NCBI RefSeq assembly: GCF_000150275.1
Contig: NW_002060944.1
Span: forward strand, 5,927,102-5,991,101
From: Trichoplax adhaerens
Taxonomy: Eukaryota; Animalia; Placozoa
Direction of reading: 5' to 3'
Length of the DNA stretch: 64,000 nucleotides
Below, one piece after another: positions 1 to 10,650 of this stretch (positions are counted from its first letter, which is position 1; each line of letters begins with the position of its first letter). The translations under genes were made by a program, and so were the position numbers. The notes below the pieces were generated by a model, which had not been told where the DNA came from, did no database searches, and worked only from the letters and a program-made list of their open reading frames with translations.

Positions 1-936
1 CATACGATATTCCACTGTACTGTATAGTGTACAGCATAAGGCTCAAGACAATGATTTGATTGATTTTATTTTCGGTATGCCTTTGCTACACGGCATTTTT
101 GCATCATCGCCACTTTTCATGAAGAAAAACTAACAGAAATTCAGCAAGTCTTTGTCTTAAATAGGCCAGAAAAGCAGGCGTACATACTGTATACATACGT
201 ATTTAAATAGTAGAGGAATAAATGAGTATGCCGGGATGGCTGTACTTTACAGCATCCAGTCCAGTATCAATCATTTTCTCTGGGCTAGACATTACTTACT
301 ATAAGAGTATAATTATATCAGATCCTATTGAACCAAATGCAGAGGCCTAATAGTTATTATTAATAATCCAGTATAAAGTGCACGTTTCCATTTCGAAATG
401 CGATTTGAACCTACAATAGTCGAGCAGAATAATCAACCACATAAGACTTGGCTTAAACCGGTAGTTTACTTTTCATTTCTTGACAATTTCGTTGATATGA
501 TGCCTTAGTTTATAGGTGTAAGGATGCTACTAACACCATTAGTATAATTATTATGATGATAATAACATTTCAGTGAACTTATGTAAGTTTAGGACATGTT
601 AATATTAATCTTAAATTAAATAGGCTTTACCAGTGGACGTAAGTTAATAGCAGTATTGAGTAGCAGGTAATTTCATAACGATACAATGTACTCCGTTATC
701 TATTCTGTTACTAGCATAATAATAATTTTCCCTGAAATTACCTACTGTAGTTTGCACTCTATTTTAACCATAACCTGTGTATGAGCTTTTGCTCTTTCTA
801 AGTCATCACTTTCAAAAACTATAAAAATGGATAATATATTAGAATTTATTTTACTTTTCGATGTCAATATTACACTTCGTACTCTCAAGAGCAAACGGTG
901 GATAGCTTCAATGCGTTGAGGTCTGTCGGATGCTCC

Positions 937-2703
937 TTAATGAACGGCAGAATGGAGCATTTTTGCCTTTAATGAATCAATTTCACTTTGCTTTTGTTCC
1001 AAGGAATCATGACATGCAGCTAGTTCTTGAATCATCAGATTCATTTCTTGTTCCGAACTCGCCCGTGTTTCGCACAGTATCTGTATTTGTGCATTTTTAG
1101 TGGACAATTCTTTCATTAACTCTTCCTTTTTTGCTTGTAATTCCCTTTTAGCCATCGTTTCATCATCTTGCAGGGGATAATATTGGTTACCCATATTAGC
1201 TTTATCTTTGGCAATTTTGATTTCATTTTGAAGTCGATAGCATTCAATGACTTTGTCTTTGTAGGCTTCTTTACTCATATCTAACCTAGCGTATAAATCT
1301 GCAACCTGCCGTTTTAGGTTAGTATTTAACTCAACTGCGAATTTCAGATTGGTTTGGGAATCCGATAATCGTCGATACAAAGCTTTTCCTTTTTTCACTG
1401 CATCCACATGTTGTTCTTCTAAATGTTCGTGAGCAACATACAGCGCCATTGTCGAATTTTTAGCGCAAGTCTTTTCTTCTCTCTCTTTATGGCGTAGTTC
1501 ACGGCTTAACCTTTCAATTTCATCTTGATAACTTTTCGATTCTTCCTGGAGTATTCTAATAATCTCTTCAAAGTCACTATTATGATTCTTTTCTATAGTC
1601 AACGCATCAGTGCATTTCTTAACTTCTAATTCTATTACTTGAGCGCAATCAAGCAACGTACGACTATCGAAATTCTCAGCTTCTTCATGGTCATCCTTCC
1701 GTCTCAAGATATTTATACTGCCTATTAATGAATCCTTGACTAAGGTATCGTTGGCTTGTGATGATTCCATCAAACTCTCTAGATGACTAATTACATCTTT
1801 AAGTTCGTCGTTTCTTACGTGGGCATTTTGTAAATCATCATTGGATTGATTTAGCATATCTTTGATGGTAGCTATCTCGGTAGTATTATTTTCGATAATC
1901 TCTTGCAGATTTGTAATCATTGCTTTTAGTTGTTGGTTTTCCAGTGATGCATTATCTACTGTAAGGGAATATTGGCCTTTCATTTGCTCACTTTCGGAAA
2001 GTTTATCTAATGCTGATGTTAAACGATCTTCGTAGGAGGATAAATTGATAGCCATCTTCTCTTGCTCTAGTTCTAATTCATCAATCCGTTGTGCTTTGGC
2101 TTGATTATCCGCTCGTACTTGCTCTACTTGACTCTTTAACATGTTTACAGATTGCTTGCTTTCTGCCAGTAAAGTATCAAGCGCGTCTTTTTCAATTTTC
2201 ATACTAGATAATTGACTCTCCAATGTCATATTAGCAGCTATCAAATCTTCAAATGATGTCGGTATAGTTTCATTGTTATTCTGTCTACTGACAACTACTA
2301 CATCGCCTTGAACATTGAACAAGTCCAGCCAGTCATAATCATTATCGGCTTCATCCAGTTCAAGAGGAAGGATAGTGAAGCTACGACTTACTGCAACCAA
2401 TCGATTTTTATGATTCATATAGCACAGTTGATAAGTACTTTCAGTGGTAATTTCTTGTGGGATTGGTAATACATATTTGTTGATATGCGTATCATTGGAG
2501 CAATCAGTGCCGACATATTGACGCAGCAAGCAATCTTCTTCTGATTTCCATCCAACCTTGAATAATCCGATCCAATCGCCATCATTGCAATTGGATTCTT
2601 GCACTCCCTCAACATCAAATTGTATGTTATCTCCTCGATGATATCGACCTTGAATATTGGTGAAAGAAATATCAACTTTGAGTGATGATTTGGCCTCCAT
2701 CAT
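937..2703 (-). CDS. SKICH-domain coiled-coil protein, CALCOCO1/CALCOCO2(NDP52)/TAX1BP1 selective-autophagy receptor family
   Basis: Intronless 588-aa ORF. N-terminal SKICH motifs DWIGLFKVGW and YQLCY...SRSF, an acidic linker with LIR-like DYDWLDL and CLIR-like DVVVV, then about 430 aa of heptad-rich coiled coil. No C-terminal UBZ zinc finger inside the ORF. Confidence 0.85.
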   Translation of the reverse strand: MMEAKSSLKVDISFTNIQGRYHRGDNIQFDVEGVQESNCNDGDWIGLFKVGWKSEEDCLLRQYVGTDCSNDTHINKYVLPIPQEITTESTYQLCYMNHKNRLVAVSRSFTILPLELDEADNDYDWLDLFNVQGDVVVVSRQNNNETIPTSFEDLIAANMTLESQLSSMKIEKDALDTLLAESKQSVNMLKSQVEQVRADNQAKAQRIDELELEQEKMAINLSSYEDRLTSALDKLSESEQMKGQYSLTVDNASLENQQLKAMITNLQEIIENNTTEIATIKDMLNQSNDDLQNAHVRNDELKDVISHLESLMESSQANDTLVKDSLIGSINILRRKDDHEEAENFDSRTLLDCAQVIELEVKKCTDALTIEKNHNSDFEEIIRILQEESKSYQDEIERLSRELRHKEREEKTCAKNSTMALYVAHEHLEEQHVDAVKKGKALYRRLSDSQTNLKFAVELNTNLKRQVADLYARLDMSKEAYKDKVIECYRLQNEIKIAKDKANMGNQYYPLQDDETMAKRELQAKKEELMKELSTKNAQIQILCETRASSEQEMNLMIQELAACHDSLEQKQSEIDSLKAKMLHSAVH

Positions 2704-2814
2704 TGCGTTTAAGATTTGTCAATAGGGACTGTTAGGGATGTTTTTTTTTTTTCTTCCAATGCACAAGACTGACAGCCAGTCGATCACAACAACAAGGCGA
2801 AAGAAGTTTGTTAC

Positions 2815-4100
2815 AGTACTGTTTGTGATGGGTGAATGATGCGGTATTTGTACTTTGTAAGTAAAGTACAAAGTACGGTAGGCTAGAGTGCGATGTCCAA
2901 TCATGGCAGTACTGTACACTGTAGTGTAGTGTACTGTACTCTACTGTACTCTACTATACTGTACTGTACAGTACTGTACAGTAGAGTATTTCTGCACGGT
3001 CATCTCTCACTGAGTACTGTACACCACACGTAGCGTACAGTACTGTACTGTACTGTAGTCAGTGACACGTCCGCATAGTGAAAGTATAGTTATAACGGTC
3101 CATTACGTCACGACTACAACGCACTAAAATTAAAATATGACAGCACAGTCAGGGACTTGTAATGAAAGTAATACTGGCCTTTACAAAGTCCCTGGGTACA
3201 GTGCTGTAAATTGGAAAGATGGAGATACTACTCTATGAAAAATAGGCATTTATTGACATTGATTGGCAAGTCAATACGCTAGAGTGGATGTACAGTAGGT
3301 ACAGTATGGGGCTTCAAATTCCGGTGGCTCACAAGGCTCCGCGCATACGCCGTAAGAACTGGTGATACGCTACAGAAATGATGTCACACAATCTTCAAGT
3401 GATATCGCGCAAACTTGAATTTCATCAGTTCTTACGGCGTATTGCGCTGAGCCTTGTAAGCCACCGGATCAAATAGCTGCTCATTAATTCATTCATGAAT
3501 TAATGATACTGCTGAGATGATGCAATCTAGTGTGCCACTACAGTACTGTACAGTGTACACAGACTGTCATGGACTACGCAAAAAAGACCTGCAGACATAG
3601 CTCATAACGGTTCGAACCGAATCGAACCTTTCTCAGGTCTACCTGCACTCTTGCAGTTGCGTATCAGTACTGAAGTAGTCCATGATACTGAATCATAGTC
3701 ATGACTCAGAAAGCTCTACAGTGCACAGTACATGACGCTACAGTACTTACTGTAAAAGAAAGAATGAAAGTACTGTACTGTATCGTACGGTACGATACTC
3801 TATTCCCATTCAGCCAGGGACCAATGAAGGCTTCAAAGCTTGACTTCTATACTGTACAGTACAATACAGGAGTGAAAATCCAGCAGTGTTTTCAGCACAC
3901 GATAAGTTTCCAAATTTGCCATTTTCCAGTCCCTGTACAGTAGCAAGTTTTATTTTTAGTCATGATTGTGCTAAGGTAAAAATGACCTACCTGGATATTT
4001 CTTTCCCACCAAGTTAAAGTTGCCCTTATTAGGTGAACAATAACAACATCCAAGCTGTGTATTCGTCATTATCTCGTGGGGATATCATTAGTAACAGTAC
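2815..4100. promoter_or_regulatory. Divergent promoter region with (CAGTA)n/(TACTG)n arrays and several inverted repeats
   Basis: Lies between the ATG at 2703 (-) and the ATG at 4160 (+). Dense tactgtac/gtacagta runs at 2905-3060, 3536-3560 and 3716-3870. Confidence 0.6.
3321..3467. repeat. GC-rich inverted repeat (about 45-bp arms), MITE-like or hairpin
   Basis: Left arm 3321-3365 ccggtggctcacaaggctccgcgcatacgccgtaagaactggtga matches the reverse complement of 3422-3467 with a few mismatches. A nested ttcaagt/acttgaa pair sits in the spacer. Confidence 0.85.
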
Positions 4101-4159
4101 AGTCAGTCAAGAACCTTTCCATAGCCGGCAGTCACTCCTTGAACTTAATCAATCTCGAC

Positions 4160-5628
4160 ATGGTTTGGGAACGTTTTATTAGGTAGGTTGAATTACCTTT
4201 GATTGCATGATGCAAATGGTGAATGTTGAATGAAGAGATAGGTTGAGAACAGAAATATTATTCAAGTACACTTTGTCACCTTAAATAGTTTGTACAGGGG
4301 TTGATTAGTCATCACAATGAACTACACTTGCTTTGATGTCGTACTAGCTTGCATAGTAACTGCATGACATAACTAAGCTACGTGTCAATCCAGCATGACA
4401 GCAATTGACAAGGTTAAAAATTTTTCAAATTTCTCAATCAGCTTCTTCATCGGCTTCTATTTTCTTCTACAGTATCGATAGACTGTTGTAGTTCGTAATA
4501 CACCAGAAAGTAAGCTTTTTCATAAAGTTGAAGATGATACCATGATACGATTTGATTTGAAATCGTAGAAGATGACATGGTAGGTAATTCAAAATTGCAA
4601 CTCAGCCTTTCCTAGTAGGGTATACGCGATACAAGTGATTGCATCGCATATAATATACTTTATATATTCTACTTGCTGCCATGTTATTAAACAATCCATC
4701 ATGTAACGGACTTTGTAAGCAATCCATGATACAATCGTTTATCGCAATTCTTTAAAGTAGTAATATTCTGAAACAGAGACACAACAATCATTTACAAATA
4801 ATTCACTACAAGTACTCATTCATGGATCTTGATTCTTCAATTAAAGTAACAATATTCTGAAATAGATAGAGTAATAATTGACAAAGAATTCACTGAAATG
4901 ATACCATCGTCAATCTTTATCAAAGTAATAATACATCGTATTCAAGAAATAGAGATACGGTAGTAATTGAGAAATGATTCATTCTCAGATTCGGTAGGGT
5001 AAAAGTATTACTGCAATAGATATAGGTGAATTGGACTTTCTTTCGACCTTAGTCATTCAGGTTGAACTAAATCTATAAATTTACAATCCTCTACAATCGA
5101 ATGCTAATATTATTATTTGTCATTACCAAGCCGATTTGCAAGCCAATATTTAACGGAAAGGGTAAGAATAGCATTTCATGATTTAATTATTATCCTTAAC
5201 AAGAATGAATCAAACATTATTTCCAATCTGTAGCTGGCCAATTCCTACCTTATGCGTAGGCTTGCCCAATTAACTCATTATCATTACCTCAAAATGCGGA
5301 ATGTGGGTGAGTGCATAGAATAGACGTAATGCATTGAAATTCAGTTGCACAATGGCTGGATTTGCGTTTTGTAAAATATAATTTGAACATTTCTGAGGTA
5401 ATCAAATATAGCTTTCAGTATGATTGCCTTTCAAATAATTCAAAACTGCTGCGTTACGATATACTGTACTGTATAATCAATTTAGGCAATGAGAGTGTTG
5501 AAAATTTGAAACGGAGAACTCAAGCTCCTTATTCTAAAAGTCAAGAAGTAAAAGAAGGTTTCTTCAACACCTTTCTAAGAAATATTCAGGTCGAAATGGA
5601 GAAGGAGAGGCGAAAGAAAAATTTATAA
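4160..5628 (+). CDS. NCBP2AS2: NCBP2AS2 (HIAR)-like 89-aa microprotein, 4 exons
   Basis: Exons 4160-4182, 5131-5161, 5234-5306 and 5486-5628 (270 nt, all GT-AG, phases 2/0/1 consistent) give MVWERFISRFASQYLTERLANSYLMRRLAQLTHYHYLKMRNVGNESVENLK...EKERRKKNL*. LTERLANSYLMRRLAQLT resembles the recalled human NCBP2AS2 segment LVERLSESRPIRRAAQLT. Confidence 0.8.
4755..4985. repeat. Degenerate tandem repeat (about 80-88 bp, 3 copies) in intron 1 of the microprotein gene
   Basis: aaagta..aata..ttc..gaaa.aga.a...aat..ac/gaaa..attcact recurs near 4755, 4843 and 4922. Confidence 0.55.
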
Positions 5629-6099
5629 TCAAGCTATTACAATATTATATTATATTATAAAATGAGATGATACGCAACTTGTATTTTTTATTTCAAGATC
5701 ATTCTTACAGCTCATTATCTGATGCGCTTCTTAAGTAATTGCCCAAAATAGACAAAATACTAATTCGCCGTATTAATCTGCAAGTATGTATGATATGCAA
5801 CTCGTACTTTTTGAATAACATGGCTATAAAATGTCCACGTATGCATTACTATCAGGATTCGTTATCAAATAGCGACTCGCTTTTATAAAATAATAATGTA
5901 GTTTTCGTTTTGGACTTGTATGAGAGTTAAATTATGTAGATAAATACTGTACTGTATATGTTCAATGTTAAGGTAAATGATGATGGTTTATTTGGTGGTA
6001 GGGAGTTGTAAATGCGGCTTAGGCAATCGCTATTCTTGAATATAATTGGCTAAAGGTATAAATTGACGCTAATTAGCTATGGTTAAAATCAGTAATTTG

Positions 6100-8700
6100 A
6101 ATATCCAGCTTATCTCTCGTCCAGTCATGACTTATGATCCCTGCTGACGATTAAAGGACATCATTTATCAAGGAGTCCGTAAGGATATCAGATACCTAGC
6201 TTGGCCGTGCTTACTGCTCAGCCACGATTTTTGGCTCCAAGCTATGATCCATAATACAGCTTTCCGTTCATAGCTTGTAGGATTACTATATATACTTGCT
6301 CTGTATTGCTATACAAGATCGTACAGTTTAGGAAATGCTGTTGCATTATTGACTCCTTTGGAACATTGTATTTATGTAAGTAAATTGATATTTTACAAGG
6401 CAATATTGCTACCTTTGGGGAGCTAAAGTATTAAAGCCTAGTAAACGATAACAACGTCTTTTTCTTGCTGATTTTGGTCTGCTCTGCTCAGTACACAGTC
6501 AAGTAAATCCTTATGCAAGCTACTTTTACATAATTAATTACTGTACTACTATTAGTGATGATAGCCAGAGCATGTGTATCGTTAATAAAGTAGGATTACG
6601 AGACCGATAGTGATCTTACAATCCATCAATGTTAACCCAAAGTTGGCCTGTTAATCTCCTTTATTATTGTACGAGCATCACGACACCAGTGGTAATCTCC
6701 CACTTGTTGTAGAATACAGTAGAGTGTCGACAAATGGCCTTCGAAACTGAAATATACGCGTAAGATAGAAATAGTGCATGCTGCAAGTTCGATGATAAGT
6801 CTGTACAACTATCACTATAGGGAAAGAGATCTAGATGATCTTTGGTAAAAGTTGTGGTTTTACGCAAGAAAGAGAAGTGTTTTACGAAAAAGAAATGGAG
6901 GTTTTGAAATAGAGCATGCAGCAAGTTCGATGATAAGACTGTGCAAGTATCAAACTATCACTATAGGGAAAGAGATCTAGGTGATCTTTGGTAAAAGCTC
7001 TGGTTTTACGCAATAAAGAGAAGTATTTACGAAGAAGAAATAGAGCATGCGGCAAGTTTGATGATAAGACTGTACAAGTATCAAACTATCACTACAGGGA
7101 AAGAGATCTAGGTGATCTTTGGTAAAAGCTCTGGTTTTACGCAATAAAGAGAAGTGTTAACGAAGAAGAAATAGAGCATGCAGCAACTTTGATGATAAGA
7201 CTGTACAACTATCAAACTATCACTATAGGGGAAGAGATCTAGGTGATCTTTGGTAAAAGCTCTAGTTTTACGCAAGAAAGAGAAGTGTTTACGAAGAAGA
7301 AATGGAGGTTTTGAAATAGAGCATGCGGCAAGTTTGATGATAAGACTGTGCAAGTATCAAACTATCACTATAGGGAAAGAGATCTAGGTGATCTTTGGTA
7401 AAAGCTCTGGTTTTATGCAATAAAGAGAAGTGTTTACGAAGAAGAAATGGAGGTTTTGAAATAGAGCATGCGGCAAGTTTGATGATAAGACTGTGCAAGT
7501 ATCAAACTATCGCTATAGGGAAAGAGATCTAGGTGATCTTTGGTAAAAGCTCTGGTTTTATGCAATAAAGAGAAGTGTTTACGAAGAAGAAATGGAGGTT
7601 TTGAAATAGAGCATGCGGCAAGTTTGATGATAAGACTGTGCAAGTATCAAACTATCACTATAGGGAAAGAGATCTAGGTGATCTTTGGTAAAAGCTCTGG
7701 TTTTATGCAATAAAGAAAAGTGTTTTACGAAGAAGAAACGGAGGGTGTTGTATTTGCAGAAGCTGGCAGCCTACTTCAGGATCGTTGTAGCAAAGTCGTG
7801 TGCAAAATGAGCTGTCACCTATTCGACCGTTTTTATTCTTTTTTTGTCCTAGTAGACAGTGTAATAAGTTAACATAACGGACACCATGATCCCACAAGAT
7901 GACAAACCATTCTGCACATCGTTTTCCTCGCTTGTCCGTCCGCTCCATCCGCTACAACATAGTATTGACTCATACAGCTGTCACAGAATAGGCATTAGAC
8001 CAGCATTGTCTTGATACTATTGAGTGATTGATTATTATTTATTTATTTATTTTACCGTATTTACACCGGTCTGGTCCAATTTTCGACTCCACGACTCCAT
8101 GTATACTCAAGGCTAGTACTGGATGGTATGTATGGGTAAGTGTAGCATGTAGAGTTGAGTAGCCAGAGCAGCCCTTTCCTGACGTATTGTACGTGGATAG
8201 TAGCGAGTTATTGCAAAATCTCAAGACAAACTTTCTGACGTAGATCTACAATCAGTTGGTTTAAGAGGGAGAAAAAGAAATTGCAATACGCTTTAGGCCC
8301 GTAAAAAAGAGAAAAAACCTGAGGGTCAATTGCATACCGTTGAAATTTTGATCACCTTGAAGATATTAAGGTAAGCGTTATTGAACACGGCGAGATAGTT
8401 CCTATCGGCTGAACTCTTTGCATGGTGCCAACCATGATGGACACGTAAACTCCTTTTTGTGATAGCCAAATGGCGATCATCGCCATCAACTACTCTACCG
8501 TTGTAGGCCGGCCTTTCATCATCCATGATATCATCATTGAATAGCAATCGATGTCGAAATCAATCGAGCAATTTCTCTGCTTGATATTGGATTCAAATGC
8601 ATGCGATATCCCAATGCAATCGTAGCCGTGATGAATGTGCCACTCGTATAGGACGATTAGCGACTTCTAATAATGCCTTTCAAACTGAATTGAATCCTGT
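6100..8700 (+). pseudogene. Possible decayed intronless coding sequence of unknown origin
   Basis: Protein-like + strand frames broken by isolated stops, e.g. MTYDPC*RLKDIIYQGVRKGYQIPSLAVLTAQPRFL (~6130-6250) and FDHLEDIKVSVIEHGEIVPIG*TLCMVPTMMDT*TPFCDSQMAIIAINYSTVVGRPFIIHDIIIE* (~8345-8545). No family recognised. Confidence 0.25.
6768..7745. repeat. Tandem repeat, about 7 copies, unit 131-145 bp
   Basis: Unit gaaatagagcatgcggcaagtttgatgataagactgtg...gaagaagaaatggaggtttt starts at 6768, 6906, 7037, 7168, 7313, 7458 and 7603. Copies 2-3 lack a 14-bp block. It explains the duplicated ORFs at 7108, 7289 and 7434. Confidence 0.97.
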
Positions 8701-10399
8701 AGCTTTTCTCAACTTCTTTTACTGTTGAGAAAATGGATAACCAAGTACATGACATTATTTCCATTTTTTCAACGATTGAACGTAGGATAGGGTATTTATC
8801 CATCTTCTATCTACTTGTATTCCACACTATATGCATTAGAAATGACAATGTACATCACTCACTGTCTATTCGCCTCTTTCAACCATGTTAAAACTCAGGA
8901 GAAATGAATTCATTTTAGGCGTACATAATTAGCATCTCATGGTAAAAAGATGAATACTATCAATGAATGAATCGATACTCTACTATAGCATGCTATTCCC
9001 CCAAAATAGAAAGACATAGAAAACATGTAGAAACTGCGATATTCATCATTATGATGCGAGTAGAGTAAACTTGACCCTTAATTGAAATACTCCCAATAGA
9101 CAGAGTAGTCGTCTACTGGACTTTCTCCAGCTACTTGTAGGATAGCCATCAGTGATTGTCAACTTACTGTCATTGTCAATACACGACTTTCCATGGGATG
9201 ATGAATGGATACAATAAGATAAAAAGTAGCCTAGTTGATTAACGATTGCTAATCGTAAAAAGATACCATAATCGGCTAATTTCCAGTACCGATTTTCGTT
9301 TTTTCTCTCATCGGTTAAGTGAAAGTACTCTCTTACATTTGAAAACTGAGAGTGCGCAACTTTAGCTTCAAATTCGAGAAACCATTTGTAAAAATTGCAA
9401 TCAACTGCCATGCCGACGCAGTCAATTGATTACTAGTGGAATAATATCTTACCGTAGCAAAGAAATTTGGTCCATCTAGCATACACAAGTCGTCCCAAAT
9501 TTTTACTTTCATTCTATCTTTGTTCACACATTGGATGAAAGGTATTCTACATGCTCACGTACTTTCAACATCAATCTCGATCTTGACTCATTCGTTCTTT
9601 TGGGCAAGGGATGCCTACTCACGTCTACTACGCATTGACTGTTAAGGTTAACTAAAGCGGAAAATGGAGCTATTCTACAACTACAATAGTTAAATCGAAA
9701 GGTAATACTACAATACTGTTTATCTTGCCATCAACTTACCGATTAAATTGCTCAAGAATCAAACTTGTAACTCTTCACTTTGTCTCTCATGATTATTATC
9801 AATACCGGCTGACATACGCTTGAAAACAAACAAAACAACTCGAGCTATATATGCTACAACTTTGATCCCTTTTATAATTATATAATCTTCAAGTTACCCC
9901 TTTCCCTTTGCAATAGTCATTTTAACTGCAAAATTACGCCAAGTGTACGGGAAATAATGAAGCATTGAATGTCGGAGATATGTCTGATCTGACATGCTTA
10001 TCATCAAACTGACTGATCATCAGGTACGCGCATGCTGCCACTTGACAGTAAATGGATGTTATGCAAAGGCAAGAGACGAGCCTGCTAGCTCAAAGAAACA
10101 GCTTATCGCCCTTGCAATCGTGTAAAAGATTGAAAGTAATTTCTAAAGTTTGACGTTTCTTCTGTCTTGCTGCTAATTATATACCTTAGATGTATAAATC
10201 TCTTAAAACTTTTTATTCGGAAATCTTAAACTGGATCACCGCTGTGTACATCTGATGATCTTTATTACGCCTAGTCGATTTTAGAGTGAAACAAGTACTT
10301 GAAGATGATTCCGTACTGTGTTGCTAGGAGTTAATCTTTCACCATGGTAAATGTTTACCGTATTTTATTGTCTCCACTCTCCACTTTCAACGTCTGTGC

Positions 10400-10650
10400 A
10401 CAGTAATGACTAAAATTATCAAACCAAGTCCATGATAAAGCACAGACTTGTTAAAAGTCCCTCGATAAAGTAGGTACCGTCGTACCTGTATACTAGTCTA
10501 TAGTTACCAAAATATTGTAAACGTTTGCATCTATACTTTCTACAGTAATTACTAAAATCGTCCCCGCGAGCCAATGATAAAACAGGGACGTCTTAAAAGG
10601 TCCCTATGTACTAGTCATTTGTTACCAAAATATCGTAAACGTTGGCATCT
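10400..10650. repeat. Diverged direct duplication, period about 142 bp
   Basis: acagtaat.actaaaat...atgataaa...aaaag.tccct...tactagtc...gttaccaaaatat.gtaaacgtt.gcatct at 10400-10531 and 10542-10650. Confidence 0.8.

Noticed and set aside
6955-6975. TCACTATAGGG in most repeat units resembles the T7 promoter core
   Set aside because: The upstream TAATACGAC is absent and the copies diverge naturally, so it is coincidence rather than vector contamination.
6664-7643. Repeated minus-strand ORFs (MHSLIIKLAAC...) and possible CRISPR-like array
   Set aside because: Artefacts of the 131-145-bp tandem repeat. There are no unique spacers or cas genes, and the context is eukaryotic.
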